Assembly (NCBI GenBank): GCA_034780895.1
Contig: JAUZTB010000098.1
Span: 48,070,906-48,134,905 of the forward strand
DNA from: Rhynchobatus australiae
Taxonomy: Eukaryota
DNA: 64,000 bases
Direction: 5' to 3'
In this document: in pieces, positions 51,445-63,829 of the stretch
Layout of the letters: each line of letters opens with the position of its first letter
Position numbering within the stretch: position 1 is the stretch's first letter
The notes under the pieces: model-generated
The model's input: the letters and a program-made list of their open reading frames with translations, nothing else
Told to the model about the DNA's origin: nothing
The model's database searches: none
Program-made: the position numbers and the translations under genes

Positions 51445-52010
51445 AGCATAAGAAGCAGGAGTAGGCCACATGGCCCTTCGAGCCTACTCCAGCATTCAAT
51501 AAGATTACAGTTGCTCTGATCTCAGCTGCAACTTCCACTTTCCAGCCTGGTTACCAAAACCATCAAGTCCCCTCCAAATCTAAAGAAAAATCAGCCTTGA
51601 ATGCACTTAAAGACCACAGACTGGATTGGAGAATTCCAAATATTCACAACCCTCTAAGAGATGAAATTCTTTATCATCTCAGTCTTAAATGGGTGACACC
51701 CTATCCTGGAACTCTGGCCCCTGGACAGAGATCATCCCACCACCACCATGTCCCCTTAGAATGTTACACACAAATGACGGCAGGTGCTGGAATACGGAGC
51801 AACAATCTTCTGGAGGAACTCAGGGGATTGAGCAGCATCTGTGGGAGGAGAGGAATTGGTGCAGTGTCTTGACCCGAAATGTCGATAATTCCTCCCCCCC
51901 CCCCCACACAGATGCTGCTCTACCCACTGAGTTCCTCCAGCAGATTGTTTGTTGCCCCTCAGAATGTTAAATGCTTCTAAGGTCAATTACATCCTTTCTT
52001 AACATGAACA
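51445..52010 (-). mobile_element. Old CR1 3' fragment hosting a fold-back element
   Basis: aagcaggagtaggccacatggcccttcgagcct tail on the + strand. Confidence 0.6.
51767..51954. mobile_element. Penelope-derived fold-back element with 15-bp target-site duplication
   Basis: Inverted arms span 51801-51949; flanks ccccttagaatgtta (51752-51766) and cccctcagaatgtta (51955-51969). Confidence 0.8.
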
Positions 52011-53857
52011 CACTTTCAATCAGAGGTCATTTAGTTACACTACAGCTCATCTTAGATCCATTTCTTAGCACTGAGACATCATCAACATGGATAGCAGTAA
52101 CCTGACTGCAGCTAAGATAGCCACAGAACTGAACTTTCTGGACTGCCTTTATTTTATTCTTGAATATGCTACAAAATTTCAGTTTGGTGTTCCTGCTCAA
52201 TTTATCTATCATCTCTTCAAATCATAAGCTTTGCTGTCGCAGAACAGAAAGGAGCAACAGCATTAAATGTCCAAACTGCTGCTTTGATCAGTGAATTTAA
52301 TTGGGCACACAAGGAACACTCTTCTCTAAAACTAAGTCTTTCCCAAAAGTACTATGATAAATCATTATAAAAACAGATTCAATGTTTAAAAAGTCTAAGA
52401 TGAATGGAGGAGGAAAAAATCAAGAAGAAAGTTCACTATAACAAACGTCAGATGGAAAAAAATGACACAGATAGAGAGAGAAACAAATGACTTATAAAAT
52501 TAAATACAGTACTGTGAAACTGCATCAGTAACAAGTTGCATCATCTTGTTTTGCTCTAAAAATTCCAAATCCAATCCCAGAATTTGGAATTGCCATTGAA
52601 TGGGTCTTGCTCGGGGACAATGATCCAGTAAATGTAGTAATTTGCAAGAGTTAGGAACAGCAAAGTGTAGGTACTATTCCTCAGAAAGGAAACAAAGAAG
52701 CATTGAGCTAATAAGTGAAAAGCAGACCTTGCCTCCAGGAGACTGAGATGTAGCAATAGAAAAACAAACTAAAAATAGCTCCACCTCAGTCAGATATAAT
52801 GTCTCACCCTTCATTTGTTCTGTAAGTTGAACATGCTCTGCTTTACAAAACATTACACAAGTTCAAAATTATTTTTCAGTTGTTGGTACTATGTGTTAAC
52901 CTTATTGCATTCATATCTGCAATCACACTGGCTCACTTAGGCCCTGGTGAAAATACTCAATGTTTTAAGTTAATCTTTCTAAAGCCGTTTGCAACCAAAC
53001 CTATTTTGGACAATTTTGGTTCTTTCAATCATGAGTAACTCAGTCGATTCATTATAAATGGGTTGTTCATTGTATTAGATGTCCAATTATGAGAGGATAC
53101 AACTACCAGACGGTGTTGCTGATAAATAATCAGTGTGGGAATAAGGAGGATGATATAGCTGTTGCAATGCTCCCATAAAAAAAGTTATCACCAATATTAG
53201 CTGCACAATTTTTCCTTTTAGGACAATTTGCTTAGCTCACTGCAGTCTCAAAGGAGGGTACAGGCCTTCTATCCAAGCAATAAAATCTAAACTGGTAGTG
53301 ATTATGTTTTGGTTCAATATCTTAAAATCTTAATATCTAAAAATAAAGTGTGGGCAATTTCAGTGAAGCCCACTTAGAAGTACACCTTGACCTTTATTTA
53401 ATAAGTCATTCTACTCTGCTGAATACTGTTTCAATTTCAATGACTGTGCACAAACACGAGGCTCTGCCAAGTGTTCTGAACCATGCACTGTGACCAGTCT
53501 CCAAAGCCACATTCTCTTCCACAGCTGCACTATAAAAGGCTGTAGATTATAAAATAAAACTTCCAAAGCACTTTACATCATTAAAAAATTGTTTTACAAT
53601 GAGCCAAGATTCTTTGGAAAGTTTTAAAGCACACCAAGAGATCCAGCAAAATCTACAGCAAAGGACGAAACGTGAAATCCGAACCTCTTACCCTGACAAA
53701 GGTCAGTTGACACTGTTAATAGTGAGATTGATAGATTGTTGTCGGGGCAGGTTATAGAGGCGCACAAATCCTCCCAAAGCAAATGGAACATAAATCCAGA
53801 TCAGCCATGATCTAATGGGATATTGAAAAAAGGCTCAATGGTGATTGGCCTATTCCT

Positions 53858-54664
53858 GAGGATGTGACCAGGAAGATTGATGAAGGTAGTGCAGTGGATG
53901 TGGTCTACATGGATTTTAGTAAAGTGCTTGACAAGGTTCCGCATGGTAGACTTCTTCAGGTCAGAGGCCAAGGGATCCAGGAAGGCTTGGCCGTGTGGAT
54001 TCAGAATTGGCTTGCCTGTAGAAAGCAGAGGGTTGTGGTGGAGGGAGTGTATTCGGATTGGAAGGCTGTGACTAGTGGTGTCCCACAGGGATCGGTTCTG
54101 GGACCTCTACTTTTTGTGATATTTATTAATGACTTAGATGNNNNNNNNNNNNNNNNNNNNNNNNNNNNNNNNNNNNNNNNNNNNNNNNNNNNNNNNNNNN
54201 NNNNNNNNNNNNNNNNNNNNNNNNNNNNNNNNNNNNNNNNTAGAGTGTATGGAATATGAGGAGAGGCTTAAGGTGCTAGGGCTTTTCTCACTGGAGAGGA
54301 GGAGGATGAGGGGGGACGATAGAGGTGTATAAAATATTGAGAGGGATAGAGAGAGTAGACAGCCAGCGCCTCTTTCCTAGGGTACCAATGCTCAAAACAA
54401 GAGGGCATGGATTTAAAATAATGGGGAGGAAGTTCAGGGGGAATGTCAGAGGGAGCTTTTTCACCCAGAGAGTGGTAGGTACATGGAATGCGCTGCCTGG
54501 GGTGGTGGTGGAGGCGGATACGTTGGACAGGTTCTTGGATAGGCATATGGAGGAGTGTGGGATAGAGGGAGGAAAGGGTTAAATGGTGAGAGGTGTAGTT
54601 GATGGTGGCACAACACGGTGGGCTGAAGGGCCTGTATTGTGCTGTATTGTTCTATGGTTCTATG
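53858..54664 (+). mobile_element. CR1 LINE RT-to-3' fragment (gap inside)
   Basis: [20 protein letters not shown]...[21 protein letters not shown]; tail ttctatggttctatg. Confidence 0.92.
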
Positions 54665-55794
54665 GAAATCTACAATGCAGTCTTTAACTGTACCATCTAC
54701 ACTTCCCAGTCCTGTACTTTCTTCAGTTAGGTGGACTCAAATAACATGGCTAAAGTGGCTGCTACAGCTGATCTCAACATCTTGGGACATGAGCCAAGGT
54801 TGCTGTAGGAAGTGGGTTCGTGGAAAATAATTTCAGGGTCTCATAGATGATTATCATATAGACACTTGCTGGAAAACGTGCAAACTTGATCAAAATACTG
54901 TCTTCTTGAATAACATGCCAATCTTCTATGTATGGGCCTTATACACGAAGAAAAGCAAGTTGGGTTAAGGGGTGACAATAAGTCAGCAAATAATATTATA
55001 TTAAAATTTCTCACTAACTGGTCAGATTTTAAAAGCTGACGGAATATTGAAATTTTTTTTTGCAAAATCTTGAAAATAATGAGCTACCAAATTTGTAGTT
55101 TGGTGATGCAAGAAACAGCAAAAACACTGACTAGACATACAGATTTGTTAAAATTGTGTATGACTGACAGGAAACAAAAACAGTATTGGACTTTTATTCA
55201 TGCAAATATTGTGCACTTTTACACAGAGTGAACAGACAATGCAGAAACTAGTGCACAAATGAGACTTTCATCACTAGCCATAAGTACACTAATATAAATT
55301 ATAACCTAGCATGCACAGGCTGCCATAAATAGCTCCTTCAGCAAAAAAAACCCAATGTGTGGTCAACACTGACCCTCTGGTACTGGTTCCAAAAATATCA
55401 TATGACTGCAGCACCAAGCTATATTGGGAAACAACCTATCATGCCTTCTAAATGGAGTAAAGCTGCCGGAAATACAGCCAGAATAAACAAGAGTAAAAGT
55501 CAGAAGGTGCAGAAGATTTTGTAACAAATGATACTGATTAACATTTCTTCAAATTGAGATTTAGTAATGTGACCTTTTTTGGAAAAAAATCTGATGAAGG
55601 CTTTCAAAAATAAAACTGTACATCCTGTATACATAATCCTCAAATACACTTGGTTCATTGGGGTCAAAACACATGATTTTTTTTTAAAAGGTTTTACCCT
55701 CATGAAAGTGATTCACATCGGGAAACATCTGCACGACTGCTGCAATTTCAGCTCTTTCTTAGTGAGTTTCAGCATTCAATCATGCTGAATTTTT

Positions 55795-56135
55795 TTATTC
55801 ATTCATGCGATGTGGCAGGAATGGCCAACATTTATTGCGGGTCTCTAATTGTCCCTGAACCAAGTGGCTTGTTAGGCTTTTCAGGTGGCAGTGAAAGAGT
55901 GAAACTAGATTACTGTGGGTCTGGCTAGGCTGAGTGAACATGGCAAATTTCATTCCCTGAAGTATATCAGAGAACCACATCGGTTTTTAAACAACAATCC
56001 AGTACTTTCATGGTGACCATAAACTGATAACTAGTTTTTTTCATTACTGGATTTAATTACTTCAATCTGAACTCTTATCTCCAGACCAATAATTCAGGCC
56101 TCTGGATCTTAGTCTAGTAACTGCTAATATACTAC
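55795..56135 (-). mobile_element. tRNA-derived MetaSINE-type element
   Basis: Homologous to 27480-27837 (gaaccacatcggtttttaaacaacaatcc; tail catttattg...tctaattgtccctga). Confidence 0.55.
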
Positions 56136-56924
56136 CTATCTCCACACAGATGCACCTTTCTAGCAACATAGACCTAGTCTGTGTGTTTTTCCTTTTGCCT
56201 CATGACATCAAGATCTTTCATTGTACTCATTACAACACGACCCTTCAAAGCCCCTCTCTCTGCCACCAAAACTAGGAGCAGTGAGGAACCAAATTTGAAA
56301 CTCTTTTGGAAAAAGAGCTTGGCAAACAATGCAACTGAATATGTGCAACTCCTTCACTTTTAAATTGGGAAGAGGGCTATATGAATTTTTAAGTGAAGGA
56401 AATTACTTTTTCATGCTTGAGTACTGGATTCAAGGGCATCAAAGACTGCTGATTAACCTTCCTCTCTGGCAACAGTAAAGGTTCAACAGGAAATAAGATA
56501 TTTTTTAATCACAAATCAGTTTATGTAGCTCTATGTCCCAACTATAATCCCACTCACGATTTGCCACTAAGTTACAATCATACTTAGAGGGATCACTGGA
56601 AGGGAAGTGTTTTTTCAGGTTGTTAACAGTATTGCTGTAATTACAAAGTATAAAGAAAACTTTATTCTGTATTCAAGCATGCTGTATACAACAAAACAAA
56701 ACAAAAATAAAAATCCAAACGAAAATCTGTCTTCCATCAAAATGTTTTCAGCTGACCAGCACAACTGCGATATTCTACTTTTTCAAGACATTCGTGTTTA
56801 TCGTCTGAATGAGATTGTCAATTTAACAAGAAAGAGAAAGTTATTGTTTACAAGAGAGAATATTTCTATTTAGATAGCAATGAAGGCCCATTGGGTATAT
56901 GGCAACTAAATTCACAAATCACTT

Positions 56925-59131
56925 AGAATCATAGAGCAATACAGCATGGATACAGGCCCTTCGGCCCAACGAGTTCATGCCAACCACGGTGCCCACCCAG
57001 CTAGTCCCAATTTCCTGCGCTTGTCCCATATCCCTCTAAACCTCACCCCTCCATGTACCTATCCAAGTGCTTCTTAAATGATACTACTGTACCTGTCTGA
57101 ACTACTTCACTGGCAGCTCATTCCATATACTTACCACTCTCTGCATGAAAAAGTTGCCCCTCAAGTCCCTTTAAAATCTTTCCCCTCTCACCCTAAATGT
57201 ATGACCCCTAGTTATGGACTCCCCTACCCTGGGGAAAAGACTGCTACCATCCACCTGATCTATGCCCTTCATATTTTATAAACCTCTTTTAGGTCACCCC
57301 CCATTCTCATACTACAAGGAATAAAGACCTAGCCTGGCCAACCTCTTCCTCTAACTCAGGTCCTCTAATCCTGGTAACATCCTCATAAATCTTTTCTGCC
57401 CCCTTTCAAGTTTAACCACATCTTTCGTATAACAGGGTGACCAAAACTGTACACAGTACTCCGTGCAGCCTCAACAACAACTTGTACAACTGTAACAGAA
57501 TGTCCCAACTCCAATATTCAACGCCATGACATATGAAGGCCAGCATGCAAATACCGTTTTCACCACCCTGTCTACCTGTGATGCTGCTTTCAATGAACTA
57601 TGCACTTATACTCCTAGGTCCCTCTGTTGCATTACACTCTCTCGTGCCCTACTAGAGTACAAGTCCTATGCTGGTTTGACTTTCCAAAATATATCACCTC
57701 ACACTTATCTATATTGAAATCCATTTGCCACTCCTTGGCCCACTTCCCCACCTGATCGAGACCCACCTGTAATCTACAATAACCTTCTTCACTATCAACA
57801 ACACCTCCTAATTTTGTGTCATCCACAAACTAATTTATCAAACCTTGTGCATTTGCATCCAAATCATATATGTAAATAACAAATAACAAGGGTCCCAACA
57901 CCGACCCCTGCAGCACACCACTAGTCACTGGCCTCCATTCTGAGAAACAACCTTCAACCACCACCCTCTGCTTCCTACCATTGAGCCAATTTTGAATCCA
58001 CCTAACTAGCTCTCCCTGGATTCCATGGGATCTAACCTTCCAGACCGGCCTCCCATGCGAAGGCCTTGCTAAAGTCCAAATAGACAACGTCCAATGCCCT
58101 ACCCTCATCCACCTGTTTGGTTACCTCTTCTAAAAGCTATAAAAGGTTCATCAAGCATGACTTTCCACACACAAAGCCATGCTGACTCCTCCTAATCAGA
58201 CACTGTCTATTCAAATTCTGATAGATGCTGTACCTCAAAATTCCCTCCAGTAACTTCCCCACTACTGGTGCCAGGCTGACTGGCCTGTAGTTCCCTGGCT
58301 TGTCCTTGCTGCCCTTCTTAAACAATGAAACAACATTAGCCACCTTCCAGTCTTCGGGAACTTCACCAGTGGCTGATGATGAAGCAAATATCTCCGCAAG
58401 GGCCTCTGCAATTTCTTCTCTATCCTCCCACAAAGTCCGAGGATGCACTCAGTCAGGCCCTGGGGATTTATCCACCTTAATGAGCTGTAAGGCTGCAAAT
58501 CCCTCCTCCATGGTATTATGAATGTCCTCCAAAACATCTCCACTTGTTTCCTTTATCTCTTGAGCAACCATGATTTTCTCTTCAGTAAACAATTCATTAA
58601 AAATCCCAGCCATATCCTGCAGCTCAAGAAATAGGCGGCCCCAATGATCTCCAAAGGGACCTAGCCACCCTTTTACTCTTAACATAGCTATAGAACCTCT
58701 TAGGATTTTCCTTAATCTTGTCTGCCAGATCCATCGCATACCTTCTCTTTGCTCTCCTGATTTCTCTCTTAAGTGTATTCTTAATCTTTTTATGGTCATC
58801 AAGGGATTCACTCATCCCCCACCTCCTAAACCCAATGTATGCTTCCTTCTTTATCTTGACCACAGCCTCAATATATCCCGTCAGCCAAGGTTCCCTGAAC
58901 TTGTCAGGTTTACCCTTCACTGTAACAAGAGCATGCTGCCCCTGGACTCTTGATGTCACACTCTTAAAAGCGTCCCACTTGCTATCCATTCCTTTAACTT
59001 CAAATAGGTTCACCCGATTGACCTCTGTTAAATCCTGCCTAATTCCCCCAGAATTAGCCCTGCTCCAGTTTAGGACCCTAACCTGTGGACCTAACCTATC
59101 CTTTTCCATCACTATCTTAAAACTAATAGAA
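56925..59131 (-). mobile_element. CR1 LINE, about 2.2 kb, 5'-truncated and frameshifted
   Basis: [65 protein letters not shown]. Confidence 0.93.
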
Positions 59132-59209
59132 AACTTATTCTAAACTTAAAATAATTACATATTAATTAGGTAAAACAAAAAATATAACAACAGCATAGAT
59201 AATGCTTAC

Positions 59210-59332
59210 CCTGCAATGAATAACCACCACATGAAGTGGGTCATTGTTTAGCCATGTCTCCATTGCTTTGCATATCGTACACATCTTATCCAGAGGTGGT
59301 GCATGGAGGTCAGGCCAACCCACGTCCATCAC
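59210..59332 (-). CDS. TNS3: TNS3 exon, PTP-like domain ([41 protein letters not shown]), 123 nt
   Basis: tttcag|GTGATG...TGCAGG|gtaagc; lies inside ORF 59162..59524. Confidence 0.96.
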
Positions 59333-59464
59333 CTGAAACAAGCAGCACAGTTTAGATTTTTTAGTGCCAACAGCAGACCTCAAGTATAGCTCCATTATGA
59401 TTATTTGGCTTGTTTTAAAGAATTTATTGAAGCACCAGGACGATTCTGTGCATATATAATCAAA

Positions 59465-59935
59465 TTGGGAGCAGGTGCAGGTAACTCTGCCTCTCAAGCC
59501 TGCTCTGCAATTCAATACAATCATGGTTGATCCGAATGCAGCCTAACTTCACATTCCCATCCATCTCTGGTGACATTTTACCCCTTTACTTATCAAGAAT
59601 CTCTCTACCTCTTTCTTAAAAAATATCCAAAGACTTGGCTTCCACTACCCTTTCAGAAAGATTCACAACCCTCAGAAAAATCTTTAATCTCATTTTTCTT
59701 AACCTCTTATTCTTAAACAATGATTCATAGCTCGAGATTTTTCTGAATGAGGATACATTTGCTTCACATCCACAGTGTAAAGACCTTTTGGGATCTTGCA
59801 TGTTTAAATTAAAGCCCTTTGCACTCTTCCATACTCCAATGGATTCAAGAGTAGCATGTCCAACCTTTTTTCAAGAGGCAACCCACCCATTCCAGGCATC
59901 AGTCCAATAAACCTCTTAACTACTTTAAATGCATT
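59465..59935 (-). mobile_element. Old CR1 3' fragment
   Basis: RVVNLSERVVEAKSLDIF remnant and CR1 tail. Confidence 0.6.
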
Positions 59936-61449
59936 GACAACTTTGTGTGTCAAATTAGTTAAAATAAAAATGCATACGATGCTATTAAATAATTGTCACA
60001 AAGGAACTAGTGGGACATGTAATGTTTTTAGAATTTTAATACTTGTTATTCTGGACAATATACAGAAGAGTATGTTTACCAGACTGTTATTGTGAATCTA
60101 GATAAAGTAAATGTAGATTTTCCATGTTTAAGGTAGTGAATCAGAAAATTAAAAAATGTTTTCTTTCTTTTCCTCAATCAGAACACCTTTTTTATTTGGA
60201 AAGCCACTTTGGGAAGTAGTAAAGATTATTAGAACTCATGGCACTGCTGGGACAAAGTGAAGTGAAGTCCTCATCGAAAATGGAAAAAAATGACCACGAA
60301 TTCCCAATGAAAGTAATGGAAATTCCTGAAACATGTGGTTTTAACCAATTTGATCACCCATTGAAAAATAACGGAAATTTCTGAAATTCCTAAAAGGAAA
60401 AGGGTAAAAGTCAATGGAACCACGGGACTATTAAATTCATGATGAAAGGTTGATGAAGTTGGGCTGTAACTCACAGGAAGAGAGGAAAAAAATTGAAGAG
60501 ACTGATATAAGTCATAAAGAACAGGCAAAATGATAAAAATTAATGCAGAAAAATGTTCACAGGGATGAAGGATTAAAAAATTGTGGCATCATTTACAAAC
60601 AAAGATTTGCCATAAATAAGGAATTCAAACACAGTTATATCACACCAAGGTTAACTGACATCTGGAATGTGTTACCATGAAAGATCATTAAAACAAATAG
60701 AATAAATGATAACAAGATGTGTTTGAGGAGAAAAAAGGGAACCAAGTGACATGTGAGGAAACAGGAATGGGAAGTTGAGGTCAATCAAAATGTAAGGGCA
60801 TTCCTGGAACTTGAAGCCTTTTGTAGCTCCTAAGTTTCTTGTATTCTTATGACAGCATGGTGTTCATTCTTCCTGTTATCATTTGTAATTTCTTCCACCA
60901 GTGAGAGTGAAAACAGTAAGTAATTTAGTCCATGACCAACTTAATGATCCCCGTCAATGACAACCAAAATAATAATTGCAGGTGAGACTGATTCTTCAGG
61001 GGATGTCAACTAATAAACTGCATCAAAAATGTCCACTTTTCTTGAAACTGAATAGATCAAAGCTTCATGAAAAATATTGGATTCAAAATTGAAATGATAC
61101 CTCATGCACCCAGCAGTTTGCCCATCTTGTAAATAAGCAAAGAATAGAAACCCTCTGCTGTTCCATCCAGGACCAATTAATGAGCAACTTAGAAGCTGGA
61201 TGATTCCATGCAAAATATCTGCTGTTCCCAAACATCCTCCAATGTCTTATTATAATGCATCAAAAGAATTATACTAAAGAAGCACATATTTGAGCATGCA
61301 GCCATAACGGATAGGAAATTGAGACAATATTGATTCACATACATTTTGATGGAACGTTAAGCTTTCAGTTTATTGTTCATGTTCTAGAACATGCATGTTG
61401 ACTTAAAGGCACTATCCACCATGACTTTTGTTGTGACATGGCCTAGCCT

Positions 61450-61996
61450 AGTGGGTATAGGAATAGAATGAGGAGGAGGTTAAATGTATGGCTGAGGGAT
61501 TGCAGTAAGGAGCAGGGATTCAGATTTCTGGATCATTGGGGCCTCTTTTGGGGTAAGTATGACCTGTACAAAGAGGATGGGTTGCACTTGAATCCCAGGG
61601 GGACCAATATCCTAGCAGGGAGGTTTGCTAAGACTACTGGGGGGAGTTTAAACTAGAATTGTTAGGGGGTGGGATCTGAACTGGAGAGACTGGGGAAGAG
61701 GTGTTTGGCTCTTAAATAGAGAAAGCTAGTAGTAGGTACGAGAGGGAGGATAGGCAGGTGATAGAGATGGGACGTGCTCAGACCAGTTTGAGATGTGTCT
61801 ATTTTAACACAAGGAATATTGTGAACAAGGCGGATGAGCTTCGAGCTTGGATCGATACTTGGAGCTATGATGTGGTGGCCATTACAGAGACTTGGACGGC
61901 TCCGGGACTGGAATGGTTGCTTCAAGTGCCGGGTTTTAGATGTTTCAGAAAGGACAGGGAGGGAGGCAAAAGAGGTGGGGGAGTGGCACTGTTGAT
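61450..61996 (+). mobile_element. CR1 ORF1 C-terminus (SGNH esterase-like) and ORF2 endonuclease N-terminus
   Basis: GFRFLDHWGLFWGKYDLYKEDGLHLNPRG; LRCVYFNTRNIVNKADEL...VAITETW...RKDREGGKRGGGVAL; truncated by a gap. Confidence 0.88.
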
Positions 61997-62169
61997 NNNN
62001 NNNNNNNNNNNNNNNNNNNNNNNNNNNNNNNNNNNNNNNNNNNNNNNNNNNNNNNNNNNNNNNNNNNNNNNNNNNNNNNNNNNNNNNNNNNNNNNNCAGA
62101 GAAAGGCCCTTTTGTGCCAAGTGGGTGTTAAGGAGGCAAAAAGATAACTGTGGCCATGAAGAATAATTG

Positions 62170-62852
62170 AGGCACAAGAGATTGCAAATGCTGGAACAAA
62201 AAAAACTAGTGGGTCAGGCGGCATCCGTGGAGGGAAATGGACAGTTGACGTTTCGGGTTGAGACCCTTCACCTGGACTGATAGAGAGGAGATAGCCAGTA
62301 TAAAAAGGTGGAGGGAAGGGGTGGAGCAAGAACTAGCAGCCGATAGGTGGATCCAAGTGAAGAAGGGTGATAGGCAGATGGAGGAAGGAAGAGTGGAAAT
62401 AGCAACAAAGGTTCAGAGGTGATAGGTAGAGGCAACAAAGGGCTGAAGATGTTGGAATCCGAGAGGAGAGGAAGGTGGAGCATGGAATCAAGTGATGGAG
62501 GTGGGGAGGGAAGATAGGAACAGTGGTTGGAGGGGAACCAGTGGGGAGAGTGTGTGGGTGATGGGCAGGGTGGAGTGGGTGGAGGAGAGGGGGGGAGCAG
62601 TTTACCTGAAATTGGAGAATTCAATGTTCACACCATTAGGTTTTTGATGACCCAGGTGGAATATGAGGTTTTCTTCTTCTAGTTTGGGTTTAGCCTCACC
62701 CTGGCAGTGGAGGTGGCTGAGGACAGACATGTCGGTGTGGGAATGGGGAGGAGAATTAAAATGGCAAGCAACCGGAAAGTCGAGATGGACGCTGTGGAGA
62801 GAGCACAGGCGCTCGGCAAAACGGTTGCCTAGTTTGTGCCCAGTTTCACCAA
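62170..62852 (-). mobile_element. Penelope-like element 3' part with terminal arm and hammerhead-like core
   Basis: GIY-YIG-region remnant (GETGHKLGNRFAERL...FPVACHFNS on the minus strand); homologous to 39990-40980. Confidence 0.78.
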
Positions 62853-63829
62853 GAGCGGTAGATGTTGGTTTGACAAGAAGCTTCAGTACAGATTTTTACC
62901 ATGTGCTTAGCATCAAATTAATCAGAATTCAGAAGAGTTTAAGGAGGGGTCCAAAGTTGGACAAGTCCTCTTCAAAGTGTGAAGTATATTTCACATTCTG
63001 CAACAAATCCAGAAGCTGTGTAATCAAATACAAAACACTATTATTTGTACATTTGTTGAAACCGGTAACACCTTAACAGCAGTTTTTCAGGGGTAGTTTA
63101 CCTTTGAATTGCATCAACCATCATGACAATAAACCAGATCCAAAACCCCGGAAATCAATCTGATTTAAAAACACAATTCATTCCTCAGGCAAAGTCAACA
63201 GACGGAAGCAAAATAGGAGCAAAAGATTGGTATCCAGTTTCCCTGCATCGTTCTGATTTTGTGAAGCCTATTTTAGAGCAGGACACAGGAAAGTAAGCCC
63301 TTAAGACTTTTACTTAATTGAGAAAAGAAAGCAAGTAATTATCATTGCCCTACAGGAAATTAAGATGGTCAAAAACATCTCTTATGACGGACAGTACATT
63401 TTACTTTCCTGATGTTATTTTCTTACATATGACACAGACCAATTTGTGTTCTCCACAATCTACTGCGTACGTACCCCTAATCCATCCAGGAGGAAAATTT
63501 AGTTGGCTTTACTAAAGGAAAGCCTCAAAGCCACACAGAGCTGCTTGGGATAGTGGGAGTGCCTATGTCTCTTATTTTTTGGTTTCTAAGACTGTCCAAG
63601 TGATGAGAAAAGCTACAGACAGAAACATCAGCAGGCAAAATACAGGGTAGAATAATCTAAAGTACAGAGACAAACAAAAAAGATGTAATATTTTAGTTCA
63701 AGTTCAAAAATATAAAACTACAATGACAGCTAATCACATGGTATATCACTGGATTAAAGCAAAGATATGTTTGTTTTAACCCATTGGTCAGAAATGCAAA
63801 AAAGTGTGCTATTCAAATAAAAACCATAC

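Noticed and set aside
52769-52778. Perfect MEF2-type site CTAAAAATAG (also scattered AP-1 TGACTCA sites)
   Set aside because: Expected by chance in 64 kb of AT-rich DNA, with no supporting context.
41186-59131. Intact or domesticated reverse transcriptase gene
   Set aside because: All RT-bearing pieces contain frameshifts and stops.
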